From Bispira polyomma (Eukaryota): DNA of 64,000 nt. Position numbers and translations under genes: made by a program. Below are positions 1-10,985 of this stretch, in pieces. The number at the start of each line of letters is the position of its first letter. Position 1 is the first letter of the stretch. The stretch lies in contig OZ287756.1 in assembly GCA_965649765.1 (NCBI GenBank), positions 34,348,001 to 34,412,000 of the forward strand, read 5' to 3'. Below the pieces are notes generated by a model. That model had not been told where the DNA came from, did not search any database, and was given only the letters and a program-made list of their open reading frames with translations.

Positions 1-142
1 AAAATAAGTAGGAGGGCATGGATTTAATATACCATGAACATTGGCATCTGCATACTATAGACAACCAGTTGGCTATCTATTAGAATTAGTAATGCTTTAT
101 CGATTCTGATGTTTTTCTTTAACAGATCAGCTAGTTTCATTT

Positions 143-363
143 AGTTTTAGTTTTACGTCGCTTAAACAGCTTGAGTCAAATATTTACAGCAGCCAGATTC
201 AATGGTGGAAGAAAACCAGTGTTGAAGCTCTGTAAACCACCAACCAACGGTAAGTACTTTCGCCGATAAAGGAACATACAGGATTCAAACCCACATTGGT
301 GAGAGGCCAACTAGCCAACTATTATGAACCAGACACTTCTAACCACTAGGCCACTGTGGCGCC
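143..363 (-). mobile_element. tRNA-headed SINE, family 2
   Basis: Reverse strand starts ggcgccacagtggcctagtggttaga (A-box) and ends gctgtttaagcgacgtaaaac-(taaaac)n. Homologous to copies at 12828, 19617, 45938. A partial second copy follows at about 378-497. Confidence 0.8.
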
Positions 364-922
364 AATTGGCTACATCACTACAAACCTATGGCAAGTACCT
401 GGCAAACTTCTCCCAGACTAAGAAAGTGCTAGGATTTGATCCCACTGTCATCAGATGTCAGAGGCTAGTGATATTTTAAAGGTAGTCCACCATGACCCCA
501 CTTATCCAAATAGTCTGTGGACAAAAATCACATAATCTTTAATGTACCCTATTGTTAATGTATCAATAAATCAATCAGTGGTAGACTAGTAGTACTAAAT
601 TAATTGTGTCAGAAGTATGGCATTGCCAACACTAGACAATGTCATGGAAACAGAAATAGGTCTGTCTGACTGGAATTACTAATTTGGAATTCTGTGGTCC
701 AACTTCTCCAAATCAATTTTAAGCTCAACTGAGACTCAAATTCAAGGTCTTCCTACTACCTATGAGATACTTAAAAATCTGACAGCATTTTTGAATTCAG
801 TGTGGAAAACTCTAAATTAAAATGAATGGCTTGCAAGCAGAGGTTATTTACTTGTACAATAATTTCCAGTGAAGCAAGCATTTGAATTGAGCTCCAGTTT
901 CTTTTTAAGAATATGTGGCCTG

Positions 923-1375
923 GGCTAGTATTCACAAAGATTCTTACTCTCAATGTTTTGTTTCTGCTAATTTGATTGGTTGAAGATATTGTTTCAAGGA
1001 ATCTGATTGGCTGAGCTTAAGACAATTCTAAGTGTATGTACACATGTAAGCGGCCTCCGATTTTAGATGTACGATTTGCTAATGAGTTTTCTCCTCTCCA
1101 ACTACACACACACACCTCTCTTTATGTGAAAATGCTTGGGTTATCTGCGATTTTACATTCTCATCCAATTTTTTCGGTCCTGGAGCAAAAAGTTCGCATT
1201 CGGGAGCCGCAAATCGTGAGTCGCAATTCGCAGTCTGATACTTGTGAACAAATAAAGAAAAACTATAAGGAAAGAAAAAATCGCAGTCGCAAATCGCAAG
1301 TCTGACGTCGGGAGCCGCATACATGTGTACATACACTAAGAATTGTATTCTAACAGTGTTTTGTGAATATAGCCT
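923..1375. mobile_element. Non-autonomous DNA transposon (MITE) with CWG target duplication; hosts a second MITE
   Basis: TIRs ggctagtattcacaaa / tttgtgaatatagcct flanked by CTG (920-922, 1376-1378). Same terminal motif at 10272 and 32676. Confidence 0.65.
1032..1336. mobile_element. PIF/Harbinger-type (Tourist-like) MITE
   Basis: TIRs gtgtatgtacacatgtaagcggc / gccgcatacatgtgtacatacac, TAA duplication. Highly similar copy at 36815-37131. Confidence 0.85.
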
Positions 1376-1519
1376 CTGAACTTAATTTCCATCTGAATAA
1401 TAATTTCAGAATAAGCAATATTACTACCGGTGTATGTGTTATATGTGTTGTTAATTTCTACAACTAAGGAAGATCACACAGCAAATTGTATATCAAAACA
1501 AAAAAAGTAAGAAAACCTG

Positions 1520-3338
1520 ATTATATTTAACATATTTATTTTGTTTATTAAAGTGTTAAAAAACACTACAAACTGTCGTTTCACTCACTAAGTACAATAA
1601 ACAGACAAAACAACATTTTCAAAAGTAAGAGAAAAAGAGTTAATAAGTTAATAAATTATAAAAGATCTAAGACACTAATAACTCATCCAAATATAGTAAG
1701 GTATGTCATGTGCCACCTATAGACACATACACAGTTGATACATCATCAGTTGCATAAAAAGATGGACATATTTACTAACATATATATATTACACTAAGAC
1801 CAAAAATGTTACAAATTACAATAAATACTATACATTATTACTACTAAAAGTACAAATGCATGTACACATGATATATTATGAAAACTGTCCAAACAAAAAG
1901 GTCTTGCCCACATTTCATCAAGTCAAATTTGATTTTATGAAACCAATGAATTCTTTTTTTGTTTTTAAGTTTTGTGTATAGAGGTTCCAGCAATTTCTTT
2001 TTTAACACTTTTCAACCCAAAGATTTTGGTTATATAAATGTGTTAATTTTAAACCATTTTATGAACATTTGAAGGAAAATATAACACATGCTGGATATAT
2101 ATATACATTTATATGAGGCAGGAGTATATTCTTTGGATAGTTTTATAATATATACAGTATCTGTCAAAAAACCCTACATATTTATATAAATATACATAAT
2201 ATACATCTATAAGAGAGCTTCTGAGTATAATTGCAGTTTATATAATTAGATATATATCTATATATAAGAAGCAGTCAGCACTTTTACTCTGGTTACCAAT
2301 GGTAACCTACACACATCACAATAACAACATACATCAGCAGTGAGATTGCCATCCCTGATTTATTTTACCCCACAATTCCACAGTGGGTATTAAATAAGAT
2401 TCCTTCCATCATTTTTGTTTCAGCCAATCCCCTTCCCTGACACTGTGACTAGATATGGCAGTGATTTCGATTGTATATATTGTATAATGAAGTGGCTCGA
2501 ACAGCCGTGTATAGTAGGGATTTGCATACAGGAAGTGATGTCATTTTGACGTCATAATATTCTCAGGGAGCAATAAAACCCTATACAAAAGTATGGGGTC
2601 AAATGCCCACTGTACACTACTCTCGACATCCACTTGTAATATCTTATTAGGTGACAACATGTTATAGAATTTGAAAAAGAAATAGATTATAATAATTTAA
2701 AAAGCAGGAGCAACAATTGTTGGATGATATTTGCTTTTTGGTAATATTACCAAAAATACAATGACATATAAATGTCACCCTTTTCATATTTCTGAATATA
2801 TGACTTCTGAAAATGATTTACACTATTTTTTTTTTTAAATTAATTATTTCCTATTTATTTATTTACCTTCTGACATTATTAAGCTTTTTTGGTAACTAAT
2901 TACTTTATTGGGAAAAGTGTCTTCTTTTTACAGTTATTGCCTTTTTTTGTTCCAGATAATGTATAGACAAACATTAAAATGATGATAAGTCTGTTTTTGA
3001 AATTTTCCAATTGTCTGTTCCTCTTTGAAGGGTCTCCAGTTCTTTTAAAGGGTAGAAGCACAATAATGTTCTGAATGTTATTTGGTCTATTGGTGTGTGA
3101 ACATCAGGGAAGAGAAGATACCAGTAGTTGTTCTGTCTGGCAGTCCAGTTTGAGATCATTTGTGTAATGAGAGGGTTCATGAGGCTATGGCAGTTCTTTT
3201 TTGTAAATACAGTGGGTGATGATGAGATGGGATGGTAAAGCAGGGTGATCCGAAGCAAAGCTTGTCTACATGTAATTTTTTGTGTGTCTTTGTCAGATGA
3301 AAACCCATAACTTCTGTAGAAAGGCTGACAAATTTCTT
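1520..3338 (-). other. Putative long 3' UTR ending at tandem poly(A) signals
   Basis: Minus-strand AATAAA at 1549-1544 and 1540-1535, followed by a U/GU-rich tract (gttttcttactttttttgtttt). Very AT-rich and free of the SINEs seen elsewhere. Confidence 0.45.
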
Positions 3339-3355
3339 TCAAGGCCAAGGTATAT
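3339..3355 (-). CDS. Putative microprotein gene, terminal coding segment (DIPWP*)
   Basis: Strong acceptor (T-run then acag|) followed by AT ATA CCT TGG CCT TGA. Phase-1 join to exon 2 gives a 150-nt CDS (16+117+17) = 49 aa + stop. Confidence 0.58.
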
Positions 3356-4169
3356 CTGTAAAAAATAATGATAAACAAAGACTATACATATAAGAGTTAT
3401 ACTAGTAGTAGTAGTAAAACAATAAAAATGTCATTCATAGGTATGTTGTGTTAAAGACAGTTCAGATGTTAAAATGAAGGAGGGATGAGGAGGGCGAGGG
3501 AAAATGTACATCAATCAAATGTTTTTCAAAAGTTCTCCCTTTTTGTGGGGTGTAGAATGTTTGAAGGGAGAAAAGTTGGTCCTTTTTCACACGCCAAATA
3601 TCTATAGCCCCGTTAAATGAGTCACGATCTTTGGCAGTGGTTGGGGGTTTGAAATGATAAAACTCTTTGAAAGCATTGTGGGGTTGATACATTAGCCCAT
3701 ATATATATATACCATTAGATGTTTTTCTGACTCTCCAACTAGAAAGCCATCAATTCTTTCACAACAACATTTTGTGACGCAAAAGTACCCAACTTTTTGG
3801 GTTGTTTATGTGAATAGTAAAATCTATTTTGTGCCTGTGATATCAAAATTCGTGTAGCAGTTTTCACTAATATATTCCATACACTATACCTGTTTATATA
3901 TTTCAGTTAAAGAATTCTAACTTCTATAACATAAGTTTTTAACTTTATAGATATGTATTAGCTCAAACCTAATTTTATTCGTAGTAACAAAATCTTTACA
4001 TTAACCTTTTTTGTGTGAACATTTTGCATATATATCTATTTATTTTTTGCTTAATTAATTTTCTTACTAACATTCACTTGTAATACACTTAGTATAGTAA
4101 AACCTATGATTCTATGAAATACTTTATGCTCTTTGAGATGTAACTAGGTCAACCATTCGAAACACCTAC

Positions 4170-4286
4170 CGTGATCGGGACCCTGATCAATTAAGCCTTC
4201 CAGCTCGTCGGGGTCAAAGTAACTGACTTTTTCCGAGTACACTGACTCTTCTTTGGCGGGATGTACTAGTGACATCATTGTTGTTT
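4170..4286 (-). CDS. Putative microprotein gene, coding exon 2 (117 nt, phase 1-1: ETTMMSLVHPAKEESVYSEKVSYFDPDELEGLIDQGPDH)
   Basis: Acceptor ttttgatctttcag| and donor CACG|gtaggt. GC-richer, CpG-retaining island in AT-rich flanks. Only one frame is open across the exon and it matches the phase of exon 1. Confidence 0.7.
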
Positions 4287-5517
4287 CTGAAAGATCAAAA
4301 CACAAATCACCATAACAACGGGTTCACACTAGAAACATACACACAGAGACACAAATATAATCTCCAATATATCGGCAGTAACCAGATCTGGGTATCATAT
4401 TTCATTATTATGGTTTTTTCAAATCTTAGTTCAATGTCAAAATCAAGGACAATTTTATTGGTTACTTAAATATTTTCCTGGACAACTTGTCTAAACTTAT
4501 GGTAATGTTTAATGTCCTTGACCAAATGTGGGGCGTGTAGAGTGGGGGAGGAGGATTTGGCGCCATATTTACACGTGCATTACGCGAATTAGCTGGTGAA
4601 TCATTCATCAATTATGTCTCCAAGCTACTTGCTCTTGATCTTCTCTGTAATACTGTAAAAGTTGTAATTTTCACTAAGTGGCAATTAATTTTAGCTAAAT
4701 GAACATAGAATGAAAACTAAATCCATAATAAAGAATAAATTTGTATTTATTACTTATCAAGTAAAAAAATATATTTATTTAATAGTTGGAATTAATTCCA
4801 CAAAAAAATTTCCTCCAGCTAAACTTTCAGCTTGTCTACAAGTATTGAAAGTAGCCTTTTTGTAGATGATCACATGATCTAGGAGTTTGTTGTGTGGTTT
4901 GATGTTTGTGTGGACACACAAGATTACCAACAAGGCCAGCATCTCATATGACAAGTGTGTATGTTTGCCAAATATTACTGGACCCCAAAACACACGGTGT
5001 GGAGTTATTAAGTGCTAATAACACACCCAACCACCTAACAAAGCATGATCTGCATATTTTTGTGGACTGAAAGACTTATTAACATATTGTCATGTAACTC
5101 TAAAAATAGATGCACTTCTTGTTATTTTTCAAATGTTCTATTAATAAGATACACGAGACAGCTGAAACAATTATTTTCCTCAGACATACAAGACAGTTGC
5201 AACAATTATCAAATTATTAGTGCATCCCTCATTATTTACTTAGAACAACATTTTATAACCAGTGGTACACAGTTGAACCCTAATACTGAGTACATTAGAT
5301 GTATGATATATTTGCAAAATATCACTAAAATATCAGAATTAACTAAAGTACTTTCACACTATGACTTGATTAAATACTTCTAAACTTAGATGCACAGATC
5401 TCTAAATTTTATCTAACAATTACATCAACACAATCATCAAAATTATCCCAATATTCATAAAATAAAGTGAAACCTTTATACAATGCTTATTAAGAGAAAA
5501 TAATAATTAATATTTAC

Positions 5518-5533
5518 CTGTATTTGTAAACAT
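5518..5533 (-). CDS. Putative microprotein gene, coding exon 1 (MFTNT + phase-1 G)
   Basis: Minus strand reads gaagATG TTT ACA AAT ACA G|gtaaat. A at -3, strong donor, and this is the first ATG downstream of the TATA/Inr at 5851/5818. Confidence 0.62.
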
Positions 5534-5811
5534 CTTCGAACTTCTTCTCCTTATTCCAAACTATCAGCTGGCAATAGAATGTCAATTCAATGTCAATACT
5601 ATTCACACAGTTACACTCTGTAGATATATCTATTCGAGTTGTCCCTTTTGTTTTCCAAACTTAATCTGCTATATAACACTTTCAGAACTATATAGAAGAT
5701 CTATAGCTGCTTGTAAATATATCTCTTTTGTTAATAAAAGCCGTTGAAGCTGTCCTGTCGTAGATTGTATGTATATCTCTCTAGCTCGATACTTAATATT
5801 TAAGTTGATCA

Positions 5812-6180
5812 AGATTCTGAACTTTTCCTCTGGCCTACTGTGGCTTATATACAGTTTGGCACACCTAGGCTAACGTCACCACACACACAGCGACCAATCG
5901 TGGCCTTTTATTGTGTTCCTGACAAGACTCGTACCAAAAAAGGCCGTGCCAAGTGTCATGTTTGCTTTACAGACAAAAAACACTTTTAGGATGATATATG
6001 CTTGGAAACTAAAATTAATTATTTTTTTGTGTAACCAAGAGAAGTCAGACATATATTATTGCGAGACATTTGGGTATTTGAGTCACCAATCACGTGTCGA
6101 TTAGATAAGGATTTGACATATGATAATTGTGACACATTTTGACCATGATGTCAAAATCAAGTCAAAAATTGGCGGGAATA
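5812..6180 (-). promoter_or_regulatory. Pol II core and proximal promoter of the microprotein gene
   Basis: TATATAA at 5851-5845; Inr-like TCAGAAT with A at 5818; CRE half-site CGTCA 5874-5878; CCAAT 5894-5898; abutting TGAGTCA/CCAAT/CACGTG 6079-6096; E2F-like TTGGCGGGAA 6169-6178. Confidence 0.55.
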
Positions 6181-7707
6181 TCGTATACAAGTAGTAGAGA
6201 AACATGAGATTCAGCTTGTTGAGCAAAATCTATTTAATGATTGTGGGTTGTTGTTATATTATTCCTTGAGTAAATTGTTATGAGTATTTTGGAAATGTAT
6301 GTATATGTGTGTGTGGGCGGAGGGAAAACATGCAAAGAGTTATGAAGTGGACTGGTATTATTGTTTCTTTATTTTGGCAATTTGTCTATACCCATAAAAC
6401 TGAAATGTGCTTCCGAAAAAAGACCCAGACAAAAATGGCTTTTGCTTTCTTTTTTTTAAGGACAGATATTGTGAAAGAACATAATTAATGATATAGCATA
6501 TTGTAAATTTATATAGAGCATTCTGGATCTATAATGACTCAGGATTAAGAAATGGCTATACCAACTGGGATTTTCCCCCCTCCAATACCAGCTTAAATAC
6601 CCCAAATCGCATAGTTCTGTCCGTCAGCGTGTGTTGTGCCCCGCTCACACATTGGTGGTATGTTAGGCGGTACCAGAGAGGTCTTTTAACTTGTCTTTAC
6701 ATCTATTAAATCGGCTGTTCCATCTAGGTGGAATTATACCCCACTGAAGTTTGTCAAGATAAGTTTTACAGCGGAAAACAGATGATTACTGTCATGGAAG
6801 ACTTACAGTAGTGATTCAGCAATACTCGAATATACTCGGAAACGAGCAGAAGTATTTTTCTGCCTTTTGACCCTACCCCTTGCATGGCTGACTGTAGAAG
6901 GTGCAGAAAGGAAGCTAAACTTATAGGAAGAGCTGGATAATCCTTTTTGCTTTGCAAACCATGTATATACCGACCTGTAGACAGTCTAAGGCCAACTTTG
7001 ACGGATATATGCCATGGTCCAGATTCCAACCCACCCTCTACACCACAGAGACTGTTCCATTATGTTATTACACAAGTAGATGAAAATATGAGAACTTTTT
7101 AATGTGTGGGGGTGAGGGGTAAGATGTTTCAGTGGTGATTCAGTTAGACCATCTGCCCGTGTTCCGTTCCCCCCCCCCCACCCCCCACCCCACCCGCTCT
7201 ATGCAGCCATACGTTGCATGCATTTATGTATGTAGGTGTACTGAAATTGCAAATTACCCGTAAAACTACTACATAATACCCAATCATTATTTCACATTAT
7301 GAAATGCTATTAAATCAACCCATCCATTCATGTGTAAGGACACATCCACTTTTGACAAATTCCAGGGTCAGTTTACGCAATTGGGGACCCACCACCGTAT
7401 CAGAGGGGAGGATGCGCCTTTAAGTGTTTCTGTTACATTACACCCATTCATAATACTAATATGTAAATGTAAGAATATAAGGCAAGTCCATCAAATGAGA
7501 CATAAGGGGTTGCTAAAATGCCCCCCCCCCCCCCTCTGCCTCTCCACACCACCGGAAGCAAGGGTTTCATTGTTACAAAATGGGGCGTTGTCTTTAAAAA
7601 GAGTTGAATTTCTAACTTTATGAATAAACAGAGGAAATATCATGTTCCTAAACGATATGTAATAATAGCCTTTTCCAGGTCTCTACATTCTTGCAGGGTG
7701 ATAGTTT

Positions 7708-7940
7708 ATGAATTCAAAATTAAGTTGGGTTTTCAACATTGCTTTCAACAGCTTACGTCATATCGCGATGGCCAGATTCTTGCAAAATGGTGGAACAAAC
7801 CAGTGCTGAAGCCATTGTAAAGCAGTGGCCTATGACAAGTGAACGACAAACTTTCCCATGGTAAAGGAACAAACAGGATTTGAACCCTACATTGCTAAGA
7901 AGCCAGTGATTATAAAGCAACGAACGGGTTAAGTCATTAA
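7708..7940 (-). mobile_element. tRNA-headed SINE, family 2 (degenerate)
   Basis: gctttcaacagctta..gtcatatcgc..aaaccagtgctgaag..ggatttgaaccc matches the other copies. Confidence 0.65.
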
Positions 7941-9606
7941 ATGATATCATTTAAATAAAGTATCTCATTTATACTGTTCTTACATATTTGAGATGTATTC
8001 TTGGGGTACCATACCGTAGTTTTAAAAAGTATATATATGGAACTAGTTTGTTCATTCCCAGCATTTCTAACAGTATCTGTGATGTTTCATCTTGCCTGCT
8101 AACTGTGACTGACGTAAGGATTTTCAATGCTTATTGAAGCAGTTTTTTTTTTGTGTGATAACTTGTTTAAATGTGAGGAATAACATTGATTCTTCAATAT
8201 TTTTATGGTGTAAAATGGGCAAATTTCTGGCTAAGGGGTGATAAAGTAAATCACCAAACCACTACTGCAAGTTAAAAGATTTTTTTCTGTCAACCACTTC
8301 AGCCTTATCAAGACTACTGTTTTTAAAGTTGTGCTCCGAGTTCTGATGTTTTATTTTGATCTTTTCCATCTTTGATTGTGCTAGTAACTTTAAGATATTA
8401 GGTTGCAACTTTTACTGGTAAGAACTTTGTTTCATCAGTCTTTTATCACCAGTTTATCGATTATAATATAAATAGTTTGGAAATATTTGTAACAATCAAT
8501 ATAATTGTGATCAGTGGTTAGATTAATTAAGTCATATCTAAATTATAATTTCTGGTCTTAAAGCCAGCATACCCTAAGGATGAGTTATATTGTTTATATT
8601 AGCAAAGGTTGAGAATGTTATAAAAATATGATAAAAAAAAATTAAATTTATATCTACAAATGATGTAAACTATTTCCTTTAAGGCTTGACATTTATCTTC
8701 TTTACCTAATGTATAAAGCATAGCTAGATTGACAAGTATGTTATCTTTGTATTCATTACTGCATACCTGGCTAGAAATTTGTCATTTTAGTTCTTACTAA
8801 TAACAATAATATCATTAGAATTAGAAGATATGACATTTTTACACATTTATATAATATATCTTTATTTTTTTGTTCAGATGACATACGATCTTGAGTAATT
8901 ATATATACCAAAGTATTCTTTAACATGCAATCCTGCTTTGAATACACCCTGGGCAGTAGACGTGTATGACATAGTATTAGACACATAGATCAAAAAGAAA
9001 ATCAAACTAAAAAAAAATCTACTGACAGAAGGTAATGTTATTCTTAGTGTGGTTTAGAAATGTCATTTTTTTATCCCAAAAGAATTTGTTACTGTACAAA
9101 TAAACAACCAGTGCATCAGCTAGTTATGTTTTTTTTAATGTACCCTATAGATTTGTTATTCAAATATTCTCTATCCCTGTGATTTTGTGTCTCGGAGAAA
9201 TAAACTATATGAAGTCAAGTATGGACAATACCTTATAAAAGTAACATCAAAAGACACATATATGTAATACAATATACTTACATGCAGAAGTTGGGTCTAT
9301 TATAGATAGCAACTACTGATAATTTTACAAAACTTTTACAACAGAAACTGCGTTTAAAGACTATTAAAGTTCTACACTAGGACTTGGGAATTACAAATTC
9401 AACGGTAATAGAGCCATAATGTTCAATTTACATTTCACTTTTTAGTTGCACAAAGTTTACCAGAAAAAAACTATTATGGATGGTATTTGCTTTTGGGACA
9501 TTTGCAAGACATATTAAGTTTAAGTTTTTAACCCTGTCATGTGGTATGATAACTTGTAGAGTTTTATAGTTTGGTAGTCCTGTCCTTGATACTTATATAC
9601 CAAAAG

Positions 9607-9852
9607 CTAGAAGGGCCCTAAGTAGACCACATTCCTCAGCCAAATTACTACAATACAAAATAAAACCTTCATGGATCCACCATTTTACAAGGATCTGCTA
9701 CAAAAATGAATGGATTCTTTGTTGACCCAACTCAGGCCACATAACTCTCCACTAAATGTCCTCTTGATCGGTTTTGTAACATTTTGCATAATCCTGGTGA
9801 CAAACAAACAAATCAACCAACAGACAAAAGACAAGAATCTCCATCTTACCTT
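9607..9852. mobile_element. Interspersed repeat, possibly Helentron-associated non-autonomous type
   Basis: Starts ctagaagggccctaagtaga as at 33407 and has a (acaa)n/(acca)n microsatellite near the other end. Classification is inference only. Confidence 0.4.
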
Positions 9853-10094
9853 TGCCTAGAACCTTTTAAAGGGGCTTGTATTCAAATAGGTGGTGGGGCT
9901 TCTATAGGAACAATTACTGTTTCCATTTGATTTCCCTGCAGCCTCATAAACAACTTAACACTGTTATCACAATTATTGCACAGTTGATGTTAAAGTCTAG
10001 TTTCTGTTAACATTTAAACTTGTGTCTTCCCTTTTGATTGGCACTTATTACCCATTTCTCCCTCTGTCCCTCTCTCCATGTGCACGTTGTTCCC

Positions 10095-10125
10095 CTATAT
10101 GACGTCACCCTTATATGACGTCACC
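10095..10125. promoter_or_regulatory. Tandem pair of perfect CRE sites
   Basis: TGACGTCA at 10100-10107 and 10116-10123 within a 16-bp direct repeat. Confidence 0.4.
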
Positions 10126-10271
10126 AGTAAGACTGTGTTTTTTTTTCCCCTAGCTTTATCACAATATCATAAAAATGTAGGGAATTGACGAGGGAGAGAG
10201 ATAGGAGATTAAAAAATGCTTGACGTTGATAATGCTAACTGATGTACATATATCTCCCTAGTGTGTACTCT

Positions 10272-10549
10272 GGGGCTGTATTCACACTCAAGAGGTCTTA
10301 TAGTCTTAAATTAGTCTCAAACTTAACATTTATGTCTAACCTATTTAAAAGAATGCCTACTGTATGTGTTAAAAGCAAAGTTAACACAGACTAAATATGA
10401 TCTGTTCTTACTGTCACTGAGACTAAGAACAAAATATTTACATGGCCTAAATCAAAGAACAAAATATTTACATGGCCTAAATCAAAGAACAAAAAAAAAA
10501 AATGTTTAAGACTAATTTAAGAGTAACACCATTTTTGTGCATATATACT
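10272..10549. mobile_element. MITE related to the 923-1375 family
   Basis: gggctgtattcaca ... tttgtgcatata termini; internal inverted arms tcttaaattagtctcaaac / gtttaagactaatttaaga; internal 30-bp tandem duplication. Confidence 0.5.
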
Positions 10550-10737
10550 CAGGCACTCTCCAATAGCCTTGATTTAAGGCTTACATTTGTCAGGGAAAGT
10601 CTCATACCATTTTGGCACAAATTTAAAAGCTCTATACATTTAACTTAGCATGTACCACTATTAAAAACAGCTCCCTTTTTGGCCATAAAGAATACTATGT
10701 TGCGTATATATGAGTAGTGTCTTGTTTGAATTAAATG

Positions 10738-10985
10738 TATGAAGTCTCCCTGCTGAGCTTAGAGCACTTGATATGAAACACTTTCTGGTTTTATGAAAAA
10801 GTTTAAAACCTATCTCTTCAAACTCGGCTACCTCTATTAGTTCCCCCCTTTTACACCCCAAAACATCATTCTTTACGACTGTGGCTATGGTTTTTGGACT
10901 TCTCTTTTGGTTAATTGATTCTGTTATTGCACTTTAGAATATGATTCGCATCAATAAGACGCATTAAAAATCTAAAATACAATAC
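10738..10985 (+). mobile_element. L2-type LINE 3' end fragment
   Basis: Translates SLPAELRA..GFMKKFKTYLFKLGY*, then a stem-loop tail and an (aatac)n end. Confidence 0.6.

Noticed and set aside
1036-1336. Short ORFs in MITEs and SINEs (for example 1036, 1079, 12348, 17308, 25266, 36956, 42030)
   Set aside because: They lie wholly within multicopy non-coding repeats and frames are not conserved between copies.
3087-3341. Selenoprotein-style readthrough of three in-frame TGA codons
   Set aside because: No redox motif around the TGAs, no SECIS recognised, and the extension looks like UTR.
3335-3345. Antizyme-like +1 frameshift at CCT-TGA
   Set aside because: The +1 frame closes after about 15 codons, and the long frame is -1 with no antizyme similarity.
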